Of a stretch of 40,814 bases of DNA, positions 27,570 through 35,931 are shown one piece after another. Within the stretch, counting starts at the first letter, position 1, and each line of letters opens with the position of its first letter. Source of the DNA: a virus (Duplodnaviria > Caudoviricetes). Location of the stretch: IMG/VR virus record IMGVR_UViG_3300022697_000073, positions 1-40,814 of that record. One strand, written 5' to 3'. The position numbers and the translations under genes were made by a program. The notes beneath the pieces were generated by a model. The model made no database searches. It was not told where the DNA came from and worked only from the letters and a program-made list of their open reading frames with translations.

Positions 27570-27640
27570 CAGTTATTTTAATTTATTTTAAATATTAATT
27601 ATTTTCAATTTTAAAATAAATTAAAACGTTCATACAGTCA

Positions 27641-27780
27641 TTTTAAAGCCCCCTAGACTGCATGAAATGTTTGGCTTATGATTATATACAAAACTAATAA
27701 TATTGACTGTGTGTCAATTCTGGAGTGCACTATAATTACAAACTAATGAGTTTAATGGTAGTATAATTACATTTACATAA
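27641..27780. repeat. About 140-bp direct repeat, copy 1 (contains palindromic-element core C)
   Basis: Aligns with 28033-28173. Confidence 0.9.
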
Positions 27781-27834
27781 CTTTATAGTTATAGTACATT
27801 TACATAACAGTTTAGCATAATTATATTTACATAA
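27771..27834. repeat. ATTTACATAA three times at exact 27-bp period (iteron-like)
   Basis: Copies start at 27771, 27798 and 27825. Confidence 0.8.
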
Positions 27835-28032
27835 TGGTTTAAGCCTTGAACCTTATTATATCATAACATATTTTGATATAAAAGTAAATGTTTTTATACT
27901 TCTTATTTGAGTAATAATATAACAAATCTTTGAAGTAAAAATAAAAAATAGTTGTTTACTTTTAATGCATAGTATGATACTATGTTGAAACTAACTAATT
28001 ATATTTACATAAAAGCTAAGACTATATAAGAG

Positions 28033-28173
28033 TTTTAAAGCCTTTTAGACGCCGCGAAATGTTTAGCTTATGATTATATACAAAACTAATAATATTGACT
28101 GTATGATTGAATTTGAAGAGCAATTATATTACAAACTAACGAGTTTAACTGTAGTATAATTACATTTACATAA
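28033..28173. repeat. About 140-bp direct repeat, copy 2 (core D)
   Basis: Aligns with 27641-27780. Confidence 0.9.
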
Positions 28174-28275
28174 AGGTGAGTAATTAAATTACGGTGTTGA
28201 ACTGCATTTTATCAATTTTTGGCTTTACATTCGGGTTTATGTATGATATACTAATTTTGGCCCTAAAAGTCTCGC

Positions 28276-28411
28276 TTGTAATTGATAATATATAATAGTT
28301 TATAATGGCTACTATGGTAAAATATATTATATAATTAAAAAATAGCTCGACTTTTTGGTATATTATTGAAAATAGTTGATGCTATAAATTATTATATATT
28401 ATCAATTACAA
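28276..28411. repeat. 29-bp inverted repeat with 1 mismatch (28276-28304 / 28383-28411)
   Basis: ttgtaattgataatatataatagtttata / tataaattattatatattatcaattacaa. Confidence 0.85.
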
Positions 28412-28867
28412 AATGCGCATAATTATCCGTTTCAAATACATGCAAAATAATCACAAGGCATATTTTCCATAAAGTCCCTTCCACCCTTTTAGAACTTGTT
28501 AATTTAATACATTCTTTAATTGATAAAATATAATACATTATAATAATTACCATAAAGTAAACTATTCCATATCCCTTAGCTTTAGTTTCAACATTATATC
28601 ATAGTTTAGTTAAAAAGTAAATAATTATTATTGTAATAAAGTGTTAAAGATTTGATATATTTGTTTAGCTATATGACAAATGAATTTATTAGTTCTATTA
28701 ACATAACTACTGAAGTAAAGCTATCGAAAAAAGAAGTAAAATTACTCAAATAATTGTGTACTTTTGGTGCGAAATATGATATAGTCGGCGACTTTTGTCA
28801 ACTATTTTACATAGTTTGAGGGGTGAGGGTGTCGCCGAGCCTTCTCTGAATTTGCAAGCATGGTTTA

Positions 28868-28966
28868 TTTTGATATGACCCATTTTTAAAGTATTTATTA
28901 AATTTATTAAACACTATACTATTTTGATATGACCCTTTTTAAAGCTTTTATTAAATTTATTAAACC
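28868..28966. repeat. Two ~45-bp tandem copies at 54-bp period
   Basis: tttgatatgaccc..tttttaaag..tttattaaatttattaaac occurs twice. Confidence 0.85.
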
Positions 28967-29002
28967 CTGTGCCTTAAGCTAAACTAATAACAACTAGTAT
29001 GA

Positions 29003-29260
29003 CTACTCTTCGTCATTAGTCATACAATACAGCACATCATGAGCCTCTTCTATTCCTACTAATAACTCATCTATAGCCTTAGTTGTACCATCACAATGAG
29101 TAGAAAGGTATGATTTGCCCTCTTTAGTTACCATTACTGTAAATATAGACTTTACTTCTTGTTCATTAACAAACTTCCTTGCCTTTTCTACTACATCAAG
29201 TATTAGGTCACTACTTAAAGCGTGTACTGGTACTAGTTCGATTATTTTATCAGACGTCAT
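29003..29260 (-). CDS. Hypothetical protein downstream of TerL
   Basis: Probable start MTSDKII at 29260, overlapping the TerL stop. Confidence 0.55.
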   Translation of the reverse strand: MTSDKIIELVPVHALSSDLILDVVEKARKFVNEQEVKSIFTVMVTKEGKSYLSTHCDGTTKAIDELLVGIEEAHDVLYCMTNDEE

Positions 29261-30821
29261 AGCTGTGGTCCTCTTTCTTTCTCCGTTGTTGTGGTATGTA
29301 GTCTTCACTGCCTACTACCATATATCTTATACTATCTGCACCATTACTGTAGTCATCATGCACATGTGAGTCTTTCCAAGTGCTTGTCTTCTCGCTCCAC
29401 TCTTTCGTATAGTTTAGGAAACAGCTCTTTATGAATTCGCACTTTGGGTCTAGCCATACCTGATGTATTATCCTTCTAACCATGTTAATACCCTCTATAC
29501 GGCTTGTTTTAGGTAATATGTCTACATATACGTTAGGTAATTCCTCGTTAAAGACCTCTTCACGTGTTTTGCCACTCGTTAGTTCCCTTACGTTTGCATC
29601 ATGGGGTAATATAACATGACTTACGTTATCAAAATAAGGCTTATTTTTTAATATATCAGTGTAATACGAAATTTGTTCACCATTGTCGTAAATCTCATCT
29701 ATAATACGGAACTCATTTACATACTTTTGAAATACAATTAGCACATTGGTATCATTCATACCTAGATCTACCGCAACCTGTACCTCTAGATTTGGATCGT
29801 AAAGGTTAGGTAGCTCTTTTTTGCCCTTTACGACATGTTCCATATAAAGTCTTGCATAGTATGCTCCATCTTTAGTAGCCATAAAGGCTTCAATAGCTGT
29901 TGATGGATATTCCTGATGTATTTCCTCTCCAAGTTCACGATATTGAGTTATCCAGAAGTTTTTCTGCTGCTGTGTTAGGGTTATGTTGAGGTCTCGCTCT
30001 AGATCCAAGAAATATTTATGCTGCATATCGTTGGCCTCTTGATATTCTTGCACCGTGCAATCTGGATCATCAAGCCATGATAAGAATACAGCTATGAAAT
30101 CCTTAGGTGTAATGGTGCCTGTAAATGAGATTGCAGTGTCCCACATAGTCTTAAACATGTTGTTACCCTCTGCTGTGCTCTCAATAATACCGGTATTACC
30201 CGGGGCTAGTGCTTGTAAAGTCCCAGTTTTTGTTTCCTTAGCTTTTTGTGGACTTTTATTTGCTATCTTGCCCATTTCTGAAACATGTAATCTTTGCAGG
30301 GTGGCAGAACGAAATGATGTGCGTATAAAAATACTGGAACCATTAGTTAGTTTGAACTTCTCAGTGTTATCCACATCTATTACTACATTCATGTAACGCT
30401 TGAACTCATTTGGCAGCTCTTCCCATAGTATCTTTGTGCGTTCCAATAATGTTGAAGCCTCATCTTTACCTTGCGCCATTAAACCTATTGAGAAATCCCT
30501 ATTAGTTATAAGATCGTCGAAGAAGCTAACAAGCCATAGTGTTGATATACCTTGTTGCCTAGACTTAAGTATTATAACCCTTGAATGACGTAAACTAGCT
30601 GCATAAACCTTGTGCTGCGCCCTGTTCATACAAAATCTAATACGTTCACCTTGCTTGTCTACAATTGTGTATAAATTGTTTAATCTCCATAACTTACTAG
30701 GTACATAATTAGTGTACATATCACTACTATCATCAGGAGCAGAATAAAAAGTATGTCCTGCATCTACTAAAGATGTATCTTTGTATATAAGTTTAAACTG
30801 TTCTGGTGTAATTCTTAACAT
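29250..30821 (-). CDS. terL: Terminase large subunit
   Basis: ILKSRQQGIST, LHVSEMG, IESTAEG, VDLG..D, LPHD, H...S.GADSIRY. Confidence 0.93.
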   Translation of the reverse strand: MLRITPEQFKLIYKDTSLVDAGHTFYSAPDDSSDMYTNYVPSKLWRLNNLYTIVDKQGERIRFCMNRAQHKVYAASLRHSRVIILKSRQQGISTLWLVSFFDDLITNRDFSIGLMAQGKDEASTLLERTKILWEELPNEFKRYMNVVIDVDNTEKFKLTNGSSIFIRTSFRSATLQRLHVSEMGKIANKSPQKAKETKTGTLQALAPGNTGIIESTAEGNNMFKTMWDTAISFTGTITPKDFIAVFLSWLDDPDCTVQEYQEANDMQHKYFLDLERDLNITLTQQQKNFWITQYRELGEEIHQEYPSTAIEAFMATKDGAYYARLYMEHVVKGKKELPNLYDPNLEVQVAVDLGMNDTNVLIVFQKYVNEFRIIDEIYDNGEQISYYTDILKNKPYFDNVSHVILPHDANVRELTSGKTREEVFNEELPNVYVDILPKTSRIEGINMVRRIIHQVWLDPKCEFIKSCFLNYTKEWSEKTSTWKDSHVHDDYSNGADSIRYMVVGSEDYIPQQRRKKEDHSYDV

Positions 30822-31250
30822 TTAGTCTCTCCTAAGGGACTCAAACATAGTCATATCATTAATCTCTTCTACTTTATTTGCAGAAGGTTTGCTTATGAAA
30901 GTTAAGTATAACTTAGATACAGTATCCGCCAATAGTTGTAAAGTTCGAGCTGTTACTATATCACCCTGGTCAATATTCAATACTTCCCCTGATAGTTGTA
31001 TTGCACATTCCTCTAACTTAGCTTGTAATAACTTAGTATTGTTCTCTGTAGACGCTATAAGTATATTCTTAGCTAGATAATTAACAGCGTGTACATTAGC
31101 ATTTAGCTGTACTAAGTCTTTAGAGTCCATTCCTTTTTCCCACTCTTTAATTAAAGGTATTGGAACACCTAGGTCTTCACTTATTTCCTTTATGGGTACC
31201 GCCATTTTAAGCCTAGCAATAGCTAAATGTTTAGTTTCTGGTGTGATCAT
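30822..31250 (-). CDS. terS: Putative terminase small subunit
   Basis: N-terminal HTH (IKEISEDLGVP...IKEW); directly upstream of TerL. Confidence 0.65.
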   Translation of the reverse strand: MITPETKHLAIARLKMAVPIKEISEDLGVPIPLIKEWEKGMDSKDLVQLNANVHAVNYLAKNILIASTENNTKLLQAKLEECAIQLSGEVLNIDQGDIVTARTLQLLADTVSKLYLTFISKPSANKVEEINDMTMFESLRRD

Positions 31251-31405
31251 TTAGACTTTAACTCCTCATTTAATAGCTTAACAGCCCTTAACATTAGGTA
31301 ACTAAAGCTTATACCTGTCTTTTTGGAATAAGATTTTAAACTCTTAACCTCTATCTGACTTTGTTTATCTTCTGGTTTTACTGAGAATGTTACAACTGTT
31401 ATCAT
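31247..31405 (-). CDS. 52-aa ribbon-helix-helix-like protein
   Basis: MITVVTFSVKP...KKTGISFSYLMLRAVKLL; AGGAG RBS; ATGA overlap with terS. Confidence 0.55.
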   Translation of the reverse strand: MITVVTFSVKPEDKQSQIEVKSLKSYSKKTGISFSYLMLRAVKLLNEELKSK

Positions 31406-31446
31406 TATTTAACTCCTAATATTATTTATTAATTTTATTAATTTTT

Positions 31447-31492
31447 ATTATATCATTTTTTTGTTTACATGTACATAAAAATATTATACAAT
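31447..31492. promoter_or_regulatory. Overlapping divergent promoters for the terminase (-) and head (+) operons
   Basis: Minus TGTACA-17-TATAAT (31447-31475); plus TTTACA-17-TACAAT (31464-31492). Confidence 0.65.
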
Positions 31493-31560
31493 TATATATA
31501 TAATGTGTTGATTAAAATTTAATACATTATAAAATAAAAACTTAGCAAAAGGAGATAAAA

Positions 31561-32319
31561 ATGAGTAATCCAGACAAAGCTGCCACTCAAGACGAAGGCA
31601 AAAAATCTAATAAAGAAGTAGTTACATTTGAAGCAAAAATAAATACCTTAGTGAATGGTCTTACCCGAGATGAGAAAGGTAAGTATGTTATTCCAGAAGA
31701 TTTATCAGAAGCTGAAAGATACGCTGTTTCGTCAGAGAGGCGTCGTCGTGATACCCAAGCTGAGTATACTAGAACTACACAAGAAACTAAAGCACTTAGA
31801 GCAGAAAAAGCAGCGCTTATGAAAAGAGTTAGTCAAAATGTTAAAGTTGAGATGACTGTTGAGCAAGCTGAGGAATTAGAAAACTTAAAGTTCGAAGACC
31901 CAGAAGCTTATCGCATCAAAATGAATAGATATGAGCAGGCCGCTCTTATTAAACAGGACGAAGAACTTAATAGTGAGTTAAAGCAGGTTTCTGCCTCTAC
32001 GCTGGAAACAGAAGAGCTCGAACAAAGAGAAATAGTGTTGGCGGAGTTCAATCAGGCTCATCCTGATTTCGTACTAACCAATGATATTTTTGATAACGAC
32101 ATTCCTCCTCGTATTGTTAAAAAATTGGAGACTGGCAAAGTATCGTTTGAGGCATTTCTAGAAGAATGTTATGACTACACCAAAACAGGCAAAGTCATTA
32201 AACAGGAAGATCTACCTAATAAACAACCTAATATGAGTAAAATAGGTGGTGGAGCTAAACCAGATGCAAATGCTATCAAAGAGGATATAATGTTATCCTA
32301 CAATACTGAAACATACTAA
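31561..32319 (+). CDS. Capsid scaffolding protein
   Basis: Acidic coiled coil, ERRRRDTQ motif, directly before the MCP. Confidence 0.75.
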   Translation: MSNPDKAATQDEGKKSNKEVVTFEAKINTLVNGLTRDEKGKYVIPEDLSEAERYAVSSERRRRDTQAEYTRTTQETKALRAEKAALMKRVSQNVKVEMTVEQAEELENLKFEDPEAYRIKMNRYEQAALIKQDEELNSELKQVSASTLETEELEQREIVLAEFNQAHPDFVLTNDIFDNDIPPRIVKKLETGKVSFEAFLEECYDYTKTGKVIKQEDLPNKQPNMSKIGGGAKPDANAIKEDIMLSYNTETY

Positions 32320-32361
32320 TAGAGGTCTATTAGTTAACAATTATGAAATGGAGTAAATAAA

Positions 32362-33468
32362 ATGGCTTTCGTAGGTTTAAATAGTGACTTGGAGCGCAAA
32401 GGATGGATGAGGGAAGGCTTAATACAAGCTGCGTCTAAATCTTTCTTCTCACCTTATACAGGACCTGAAGAAAATTCAGTTGTCGTACAAGTAAATAACT
32501 CAAATGCAGCAGAAGGACACACTGTTGTATTTGATTATGATGGTAATCTTGCTGGTAAAGCGATTAAAGGTAAAAATACAGCCTTTGGTCATGGTGAGCA
32601 AAAACGTAAATTCAGTAACACTCTTACTGTTGATCGTTACCGTTTTCCAGTAGATAATGGTGATAGATTCGACGGTAAAGAAATTGGTGATCTGAGTATT
32701 ACAGAACATGCTGATTCGCGGAGTAAATTAGGCGACTTGTTTATGCGTTTTAAAGATCAGTGTATCTTTGATGCGGCACAAGGTTTTAAAGGTACAGCAC
32801 CAACTCATATTATTGACTTAACTGCAACCTTTGATTATTCTGCTCTTTTAACAGTAGAAGAAAAACTGAAGAATGGTGGACCTTTTTCAACAGGCTCAAC
32901 GCGTCGTCCTCTAGTACCTTATGTATTAGCTGATGGTAAACCTTGTTGGTTGTTTATTATGGATCCTTCCATGGCTAGGTTACTTAAAGCTTCTTCTACC
33001 TATCAGTCGTTGATTTTTAACGCTGATGTTAGAGGTGCAAATAATAGAGCTATCAAGGGTGTGTTTGGCAAAATTGGAAACCTTCTTTTAGTTGAAGCAG
33101 ACCAATTCTTTGGGGCAACTGCATCAGCAGCGTCTACTTGGAATCTTGAAGATAACGAAGTAGAAATTGCAGGTTTACGCAAACTTGATGCAAATGGTCT
33201 ATGGACAGGCCAAACAGGTTATACTTCTGCAGGAGCTCAGCGTTCTAGGGGTATAATTATGGGTGCAAATGCAATCCAATTTGGGTTTGGTTTAATGCCA
33301 GACTACAAATTCCAAGAGTCTGAAGATTTTGGTATCAAGTCAGAATCTGCTCTAGAAACTTGGATGAATTGCCAAAAGACTGTATTGAAAGCTGAAACTA
33401 CAGATTACAATATGGGTAAAGTGGCTAATACCGATTGGGGTGTTATCTGTGTTGACGTAACCATCTAA
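32362..33468 (+). CDS. Major capsid protein (N4 gp56/DUF4043-like)
   Basis: 368 aa; SFFSPYTG...GHTVVFDYDGNL...GEQ pattern; follows the scaffold and precedes a hairpin. Confidence 0.85.
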   Translation: MAFVGLNSDLERKGWMREGLIQAASKSFFSPYTGPEENSVVVQVNNSNAAEGHTVVFDYDGNLAGKAIKGKNTAFGHGEQKRKFSNTLTVDRYRFPVDNGDRFDGKEIGDLSITEHADSRSKLGDLFMRFKDQCIFDAAQGFKGTAPTHIIDLTATFDYSALLTVEEKLKNGGPFSTGSTRRPLVPYVLADGKPCWLFIMDPSMARLLKASSTYQSLIFNADVRGANNRAIKGVFGKIGNLLLVEADQFFGATASAASTWNLEDNEVEIAGLRKLDANGLWTGQTGYTSAGAQRSRGIIMGANAIQFGFGLMPDYKFQESEDFGIKSESALETWMNCQKTVLKAETTDYNMGKVANTDWGVICVDVTI

Positions 33469-33475
33469 TTGATTA

Positions 33476-33507
33476 TCACCTAGGTAGTTAGCTTTCTACC
33501 TAGGTGG
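33476..33507 (+). terminator. Stem-loop after MCP (terminator or stabiliser)
   Basis: cacctaggtag/ctacctaggtg arms; no adjacent T-run. Confidence 0.55.
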
Positions 33508-33543
33508 CATCAAGTCTTAATTATTTTTATAAGGAGAACTAAA

Positions 33544-34014
33544 ATGACTGACTTAACTAGGAAAAAAGATTTTGCTGAAAAGAAAACTATTTCTGTATCT
33601 TCAGCAAGATTACAATATGGTGATATAGCAGATACCACATTACAAGAACTGTTTAACTTGCCCGAAAATTGCTTAATCACTGATGCGGGCATTATACGTC
33701 ACACAGCGGGTCAAGCAGGTTTAACAGTAGCATTTGGCTTTGCAGGTGGTACAGAACTTGGCGCAGCAGTAGTAATGTCTGCAGCAGGTTACATAGATAC
33801 TGCCGAAGTAATAGCTACTTTAGCTCTTGCGGAGGGTACACCTAATACTCTTACAAGTGGTACAATAACTAAAGGGCCTCGTATTCTTACAACTACTGGT
33901 AAGAATGTAACAGTTAAATTTAGCGCAACACCTACTGCAGGTGACTTTACTTTTATTGTCAGCTACATAGAATTTGATCTAGGTAATGGTAAAATGACTA
34001 ACTATACTGCTTAA
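33544..34014 (+). CDS. Putative capsid decoration/cement protein
   Basis: 156 aa, beta-rich, LFNLPEN motif, follows the MCP. Confidence 0.6.
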   Translation: MTDLTRKKDFAEKKTISVSSARLQYGDIADTTLQELFNLPENCLITDAGIIRHTAGQAGLTVAFGFAGGTELGAAVVMSAAGYIDTAEVIATLALAEGTPNTLTSGTITKGPRILTTTGKNVTVKFSATPTAGDFTFIVSYIEFDLGNGKMTNYTA

Positions 34015-34022
34015 TTAATGAT

Positions 34023-34049
34023 GGAGTCACTTAGTAATAGGTGACTCCT
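34023..34049 (+). terminator. Stem-loop after the decoration gene
   Basis: ggagtcactta/taggtgactcc. Confidence 0.55.
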
Positions 34050-34065
34050 ATCATCTGGAGGTTTT

Positions 34066-34815
34066 ATGCTAGCAAAAGAAATAATAGATGAGGCAAGACT
34101 TATATTGTCAGACGTAGACTCTGATAGGTGGTCCGACGCTAGGTTAATATCTTTACTTAATAATTGTTTAAAAGATTTATCCAAAAATACTATATTATTT
34201 ACAAATACGGGTTATGCCGCTATTGTAGACCAGGTTGTTGATTATGATTTAGCTTTAACAACCGTAAAGATACATCGTATAGAATATAATGATGAGCCTT
34301 TAAAAATGTTGACTTTTGAAGAGATGGACAAAAAGAAATATCAATGGCAGTTAGATACAGGTGATAAACCTACTGCAATAATATATAATAAACAAAATCA
34401 AGGTCAATTTAAGATATATCCCATTGTGTCAAATGCGCAAGACGGTAATATAGTATTTAGTCAATCTTATGGTATTGTTACTGCAATAACATATAGCGAT
34501 TTAGAGATACTATTCTCAGATATATTAGGTGATTTGGGTTCATATGTAGATACAGGAACACTTAAGATATTTTATACCCGTAAACATGTAAAGATTACAG
34601 ACATTAATGATGTAGTAAATCTAGATGATTTAATACTTAGTACAATAGCTCATTATATAGCTGGTCATGCATTAAGAGATAATGGTGATGTACAAAATAG
34701 AATAGTTGGTAATGAAGAATTACAGATGTATAAAGACGATATAATTGAGTATAGTGCGGAAAAAGCTAAAAACTTTGGCAATAAAATTTATGAAGTGGGG
34801 TATGACAAAGTATGA
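34066..34815 (+). CDS. Head-tail adaptor / tail tubular A-like protein
   Basis: EIIDEARLILSD...RWSDARLISLLN pattern and gene position. Confidence 0.7.
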   Translation: MLAKEIIDEARLILSDVDSDRWSDARLISLLNNCLKDLSKNTILFTNTGYAAIVDQVVDYDLALTTVKIHRIEYNDEPLKMLTFEEMDKKKYQWQLDTGDKPTAIIYNKQNQGQFKIYPIVSNAQDGNIVFSQSYGIVTAITYSDLEILFSDILGDLGSYVDTGTLKIFYTRKHVKITDINDVVNLDDLILSTIAHYIAGHALRDNGDVQNRIVGNEELQMYKDDIIEYSAEKAKNFGNKIYEVGYDKV

Positions 34816-35930
34816 AACAAGTAACTTTTCAAAAGAATTTAATAGGCTTAGAAGATCTACTAATAGGTACAAGTACAGTTACACAAACACGAGGTACAAC
34901 TGCTGTTGAAGTTACAGAGATAAATGGGTCCAACCTACCTTATGACGCTACTTATAGTATGGCCGACAAAGTAGATAACTTACAGATACAGATGGATACT
35001 CTACCTAATGTAGTTGACTCTAACGGTAATCTTTTAACCGGCCTTATAGATACAAGTGGGTCAGACTTAAACCTAGCAGGTCGTATATGGCGTAAAACGA
35101 TTAGTGGTGTAGAAGCTCATATATACTATGGTACAGAATTAATGTACAAATATAACCCTAATACAGGAGATTTAATTCTTTCCATAGGTGTTACAGGTGA
35201 TATGTTTAAGACTGATAATTTATCAGGCCTAGCTAACTACGCAACAGCTAGATCTAATCTAGGTTTAGTAATTGGCACTGATGTTCAAGCTTATAATGCT
35301 CTTTTAGTGGCTCAAGCAGCCTTAACTGCTACGACTGGTACAATTGAAAAGACAGGTGCTAATACAGTAGGCGTGTACACTGTTTCTGCTGCAGGTAAAG
35401 CCTTAATAGATGATGCCGATGCTTCAGCGCAAAGAACAACCTTAGGTCTTGGTACTGCAGCAGTTCTAAATTCAGGCACAGCAATTGATAACTTAGTTAA
35501 GCTAGTTGCAACTAGTAAGTTACCTATTCTAGATGGTAGTAACTTAACAAATGTACCAATTGATCAGGTTTCTTTACAGTCTGGTTTAACTACTGAAATA
35601 GGCTTTAACTCTTACTACGAAAGTGCTCAGCTAGCCTTTACGTCTACTTTTTCAACTTCCTTAAGTCATAATTTAGGTGGCGAACCTAACCATGTAAGAT
35701 TAGAACTTGTCTGTACAGTTGCAGAGGGCGGTTACACTATAGGGGATGTAATAATGCCTAAAATGCACGCTAGTAGTAGTAATGGAGGTATGAGTGTTTG
35801 GTATAGTGCCACACAAGTAGGTGCAGCTGTTTATACTTATAGTGGTTCAATGCCAATGGTTACCAAAACAGGTTCATTTTTTAACTTAAGTCCAACTAGT
35901 TGGAAGTTACGTATAAAAGCATGGAAATAA
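34812..35930 (+). CDS. Tail fibre/spike protein
   Basis: ARSNLGL, DDADASAQRTTLGLG fibre motifs; C-terminal HNLGGEP...AEGGYTIGD...KAW domain. Confidence 0.75.
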   Translation: MKQVTFQKNLIGLEDLLIGTSTVTQTRGTTAVEVTEINGSNLPYDATYSMADKVDNLQIQMDTLPNVVDSNGNLLTGLIDTSGSDLNLAGRIWRKTISGVEAHIYYGTELMYKYNPNTGDLILSIGVTGDMFKTDNLSGLANYATARSNLGLVIGTDVQAYNALLVAQAALTATTGTIEKTGANTVGVYTVSAAGKALIDDADASAQRTTLGLGTAAVLNSGTAIDNLVKLVATSKLPILDGSNLTNVPIDQVSLQSGLTTEIGFNSYYESAQLAFTSTFSTSLSHNLGGEPNHVRLELVCTVAEGGYTIGDVIMPKMHASSSNGGMSVWYSATQVGAAVYTYSGSMPMVTKTGSFFNLSPTSWKLRIKAWK

Positions 35931-35931
35931 A

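Noticed and set aside
27641-28173. CRISPR array or mini-array
   Set aside because: There are only two long diverged repeats plus 10-bp units with 17-nt gaps; no 25-45-bp identical repeats with regular spacers and no cas genes. GTTGAAAC occurs only as two isolated inverted copies.
28412-28440. dif/Xer site (TGCGCATAA matches the XerC arm)
   Set aside because: No TTATGTTAAAT-like XerD arm follows after the 6-bp spacer.
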